NCBI GenBank assembly: GCA_038231435.1 | Contig: JBBRLJ010000013.1 | Coordinates: forward strand, 53,480 to 117,479 | Length of the DNA: 64,000 nt | Direction: 5' to 3' | DNA from: Planctomycetota bacterium | GTDB lineage: Bacteria > Planctomycetota > UBA11346 | Shown here: positions 61,428 to 64,000 of the stretch, in pieces | Numbering within the stretch: position 1 is the first letter of the stretch | Layout of the letters: every line of letters starts with the position of its first letter | The notes under the pieces: model-generated | What the model saw: the letters and a program-made list of their open reading frames with translations, nothing else | Database searches by the model: none | What the model was told of the DNA's origin: nothing | Program-made: the position numbers and the translations under genes

Positions 61428-62624
61428 TTATTCCCCCAACAACTTCACAAACTCGAAATCTCCGCCCTTCACCACATTCCCGCTGACCATCTTCTGGCTG
61501 GTATCCCCATTGGCGTCGAACGACCACTTCCCGAGCGCTCCATCGAAGTCCTTGGTCGCGGCCACCGCCGCGCAGATCGCGGCGCGATCCTTCTTGCCGG
61601 CGCGGGCGATGGCGTCGAGCACCACCTTGGCCGATTCGTAGCCGTACACCGCGTAGACCTCCGGATCGGAGCCGTACGTGGCCTTGTAGGCGTCGACGAA
61701 GGATTTGCCCTTGCCGGTGAGCTGGCTGGGCGGCGCGCCGCCGAACGTGACGTAGCAGCGTCCATCGACGTTCTGCGCGCCGGCGGCGGCGATGAAGGCC
61801 TTCTCGTAGCAACCGTCGGGCACCATCATCTTGCAGTCGAGTCCGCCCGAGATCATGTCCTTGGCGACCTGTCCGGCATTGTTCTGGGTGGTGCCCCCGA
61901 AATACACCAGATCGGGCTGGCCCTGCTTCATCTTGGTCACCAGCGAGCGGTAGTTCGACGCCTTGCCGTCGATGCCCTCGACGCCGAGGATCTGGATGCC
62001 GAGCTTCTCGGCGTTCTTGCGGAAGCTCTCGGCGATGCCTTTGCCGTAGACCTCGCGGTCATTGAGCACGAAGGCCTTCTTCACGCCCATCTCCTTCGCC
62101 CACTTGGCGGCGGCTTCGCCCTGGATGTCGTCAGCGGGCACGATGCGGAAGTAGGTGACCTTGCCGCTCGGGCGGTAGACGTCGGGTTCGTTCTTCTCGC
62201 CCTGGCCCGGCTTGGTCAGGCCGGTGGCGGTGTTGGCGGGGCTGACCATCACCAGGCCGGCCTGGTTGAGCTTGGGCATGGCGATCTTCGCCGCGCCGGA
62301 ATTGTAGGTGCCGATGTAGGCCATCACGTCCGGATCGCGGATCGCCTTGTCGGCGTTCGCGCCCTCGACCGCGGGATCCCACTGGCCCTTCTCGGGCGAG
62401 GCGTCGTCCCAGTCCTGATAGACGATCGTGAACTCGCCTGCCTTGGCTCCGGCTTCCTTGACCGCCATCTTGATGCCGTTGACGATGGTCGTGGTCTGCG
62501 CATTGGCGCTGCCGGTGCGCGGCAGGCTGGAGACGATGGTGATGGTCTCGGCTGCTCCGACCGTGGGGCTCAAGGCGACGAGGACGGCCGAGGTGGAGAT
62601 GATGGCGGCGAGGAGTGGGCGCAT
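61428..62624 (-). CDS. livK: Branched-chain amino acid ABC substrate-binding protein
   Basis: Signal peptide, P.TG, IG.YNSG, SPANT..GLT, FR..P.DD.QG, YGKG, YA.YGY. Confidence 0.92.
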   Translation of the reverse strand: MRPLLAAIISTSAVLVALSPTVGAAETITIVSSLPRTGSANAQTTTIVNGIKMAVKEAGAKAGEFTIVYQDWDDASPEKGQWDPAVEGANADKAIRDPDVMAYIGTYNSGAAKIAMPKLNQAGLVMVSPANTATGLTKPGQGEKNEPDVYRPSGKVTYFRIVPADDIQGEAAAKWAKEMGVKKAFVLNDREVYGKGIAESFRKNAEKLGIQILGVEGIDGKASNYRSLVTKMKQGQPDLVYFGGTTQNNAGQVAKDMISGGLDCKMMVPDGCYEKAFIAAAGAQNVDGRCYVTFGGAPPSQLTGKGKSFVDAYKATYGSDPEVYAVYGYESAKVVLDAIARAGKKDRAAICAAVAATKDFDGALGKWSFDANGDTSQKMVSGNVVKGGDFEFVKLLGE

Positions 62625-62902
62625 GGGGCCTCCGATGGGCGCGTACCCTAGCAGGTCGACGAAAGCCGGTCGACGATAAACGTCCCGTCCTCGCCCGACT
62701 TCCGTCCATGCCCGTGTAGGTCCAAGGCGGCCTCGGGGGGTTGCCGAGGTGCGAGGGTGTCCGGATCCCGGCCCGGGCGTCATCAGTGCCTAGAGCGGAC
62801 GTGCTCACCTGGTGGAGAGGTCGCACGCCGTCCCTTCGTTCCGCCGGGCCGGGGCTTGTGCCCGTGGAGGTCCGAATCATGCTTCCGAACCCTGGAGAAA
62901 CG

Positions 62903-63760
62903 ATGCTACGCACATCCTCGCTGACCTGCCTGCTCGCCGCGATTGCGCTCACCGGATGCGCCGAGGATCAGGCCACGCCCCGGACCGATCCGCCGAAGCC
63001 GGCGACGGCGCCCGCCGCCAAGTCCGACCCAGCTAAGCCGGCTGGAGACGCGGTTGTCGGTGAAGCAAAGCCAGTCGTCGGTGAGACCAAGCCGGGCGCC
63101 GAGCAGGGTGCCGATCCTGCCGCCAAAGGCGATCCCAAGTCGGTGCGCATGCAGGCGAGCTTCCAAGTCGGACTCCAGATGGGCGACTCGGTGAAGAAGT
63201 ACGAGCTCGATCCAGCCGAAGTGGTCAAGGGCATCCAGGCCGCCACCTCGGCGAACCCGCCGACGGTCGACATGCAGGCATTCCAGGCGCTGATGCAGCA
63301 GTACCAGGCCGAGATGCAGGCGGCGCTCGCAGAGCGCGGCAAGGGCAACATCGAGAAGAACAAGGTGTGGCTCGCCGAGAACGGCAAGAAGACCGGCATG
63401 ACCACCACGCCGAGTGGCCTGCAGTACGAGGTCATCACCGCTGGCGCCGGCAAGCAGCCCCTCGAGACCGACACCGTGAGCGTGAACTACAAGGGCTACC
63501 TGCCCGATGGCACTGTCTTCGATGAGTCGTCGAAGCATGGCGGCCCCGCTACCTTCCCGCTGCACGGCGTCATCAAGGGCTGGACCGAAGCGCTGAAGAT
63601 GATGAAGGAAGGCGACAAGTGGCGCATCTTCCTGCCGTCGGACCTCGCCTACGGACCGGCCGGCAGCCCTCCGACCATTCCCCCCAACCAGCTGCTGATC
63701 TTCGAGGTCGAGCTGATCAAGGTGCTCCCGCCGCAGCAGGGCGGACCGCAGGGGCCTTGA
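62903..63760 (+). CDS. FKBP-type peptidyl-prolyl isomerase lipoprotein (Mip/FkpA-like)
   Basis: Lipobox LTGC, TT.SGLQY, VNYKG.L.DG.VFD.S, VIKGWTE, P.DLAYG, IPPN..L.FEVEL. Confidence 0.95.
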   Translation: MLRTSSLTCLLAAIALTGCAEDQATPRTDPPKPATAPAAKSDPAKPAGDAVVGEAKPVVGETKPGAEQGADPAAKGDPKSVRMQASFQVGLQMGDSVKKYELDPAEVVKGIQAATSANPPTVDMQAFQALMQQYQAEMQAALAERGKGNIEKNKVWLAENGKKTGMTTTPSGLQYEVITAGAGKQPLETDTVSVNYKGYLPDGTVFDESSKHGGPATFPLHGVIKGWTEALKMMKEGDKWRIFLPSDLAYGPAGSPPTIPPNQLLIFEVELIKVLPPQQGGPQGP

Positions 63761-63765
63761 CCTTC

Positions 63766-63853
63766 CAGGGGCTCCGCTGTTTAGTCAGGGGCTTCGCCCC
63801 TACGGCCTAGCGGCCCCCCCCCCGGGCTTTGTCGGGTCTCGATTTCTCCGCTG
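63766..63853. repeat. Repeat family B, second copy
   Basis: CAGGGGCTCCGCTGTTTAGTCAGGGGCTTCGCCCCTACGGCC...GGGCTTTGTCG...CTCGATTTCTCCGCTG matches the reverse complement of 26934-27020. Confidence 0.85.
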
Positions 63854-64000
63854 TTTAGTCCGAGCTTCCCCCCTTAAAAGCCGCAAGTCCCTGAAGCCAC
63901 TCGATTACCTAGTCTATTCGTACCCATGTAAATACACATATTCATGTTGATATAATAGATGTGTCATCACATTATATTCCCATGTATATCGACACCGTCC

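Overview
High-GC bacterial chromosomal segment. The gene content suggests a Planctomycetota/PVC-type diderm organism (inference). (1) 1-24194, minus strand: a tightly coupled locus of ECF sigma, FecR anti-sigma, secreted clan GH-A glycoside hydrolase, degenerate MoxR, canonical MoxR, DUF58, BatA/VWA, two DUF4175-like proteins, VWA/GATase-like protein, DUF4159, caspase-like protein and a 1334-aa secreted multidomain protein, followed by a second MoxR-DUF58 module. (2) 24294-36464: housekeeping genes (TPP riboswitch-thiC-globin, truA, lpxH-like, ribB fusion, panD, queC, rpiB, lysA). (3) 36661-48273: DNA-transaction genes (XPB-like helicase with DUF790, atypical DnaA, PilM/N-like, four-HTH protein, ComF, Ku, LigD polymerase domain). 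(4) 48291-56074: accessory genes, including a response regulator broken by simple repeats. (5) 56250-63760: livKHMGF and an FKBP lipoprotein. The most unusual object sits inside the liv operon: two convergent four-helix-bundle (bAvd/IVP-like) genes, each preceded by the same three-way-junction element whose outer stems differ in sequence but both pair, flanked by short tandem-repeat blocks. Two families of structured intergenic repeats also recur. All calls come from reading motifs by eye; no database search was run. Many starts were moved from the ORF track to the likelier coupled or RBS-preceded codon.
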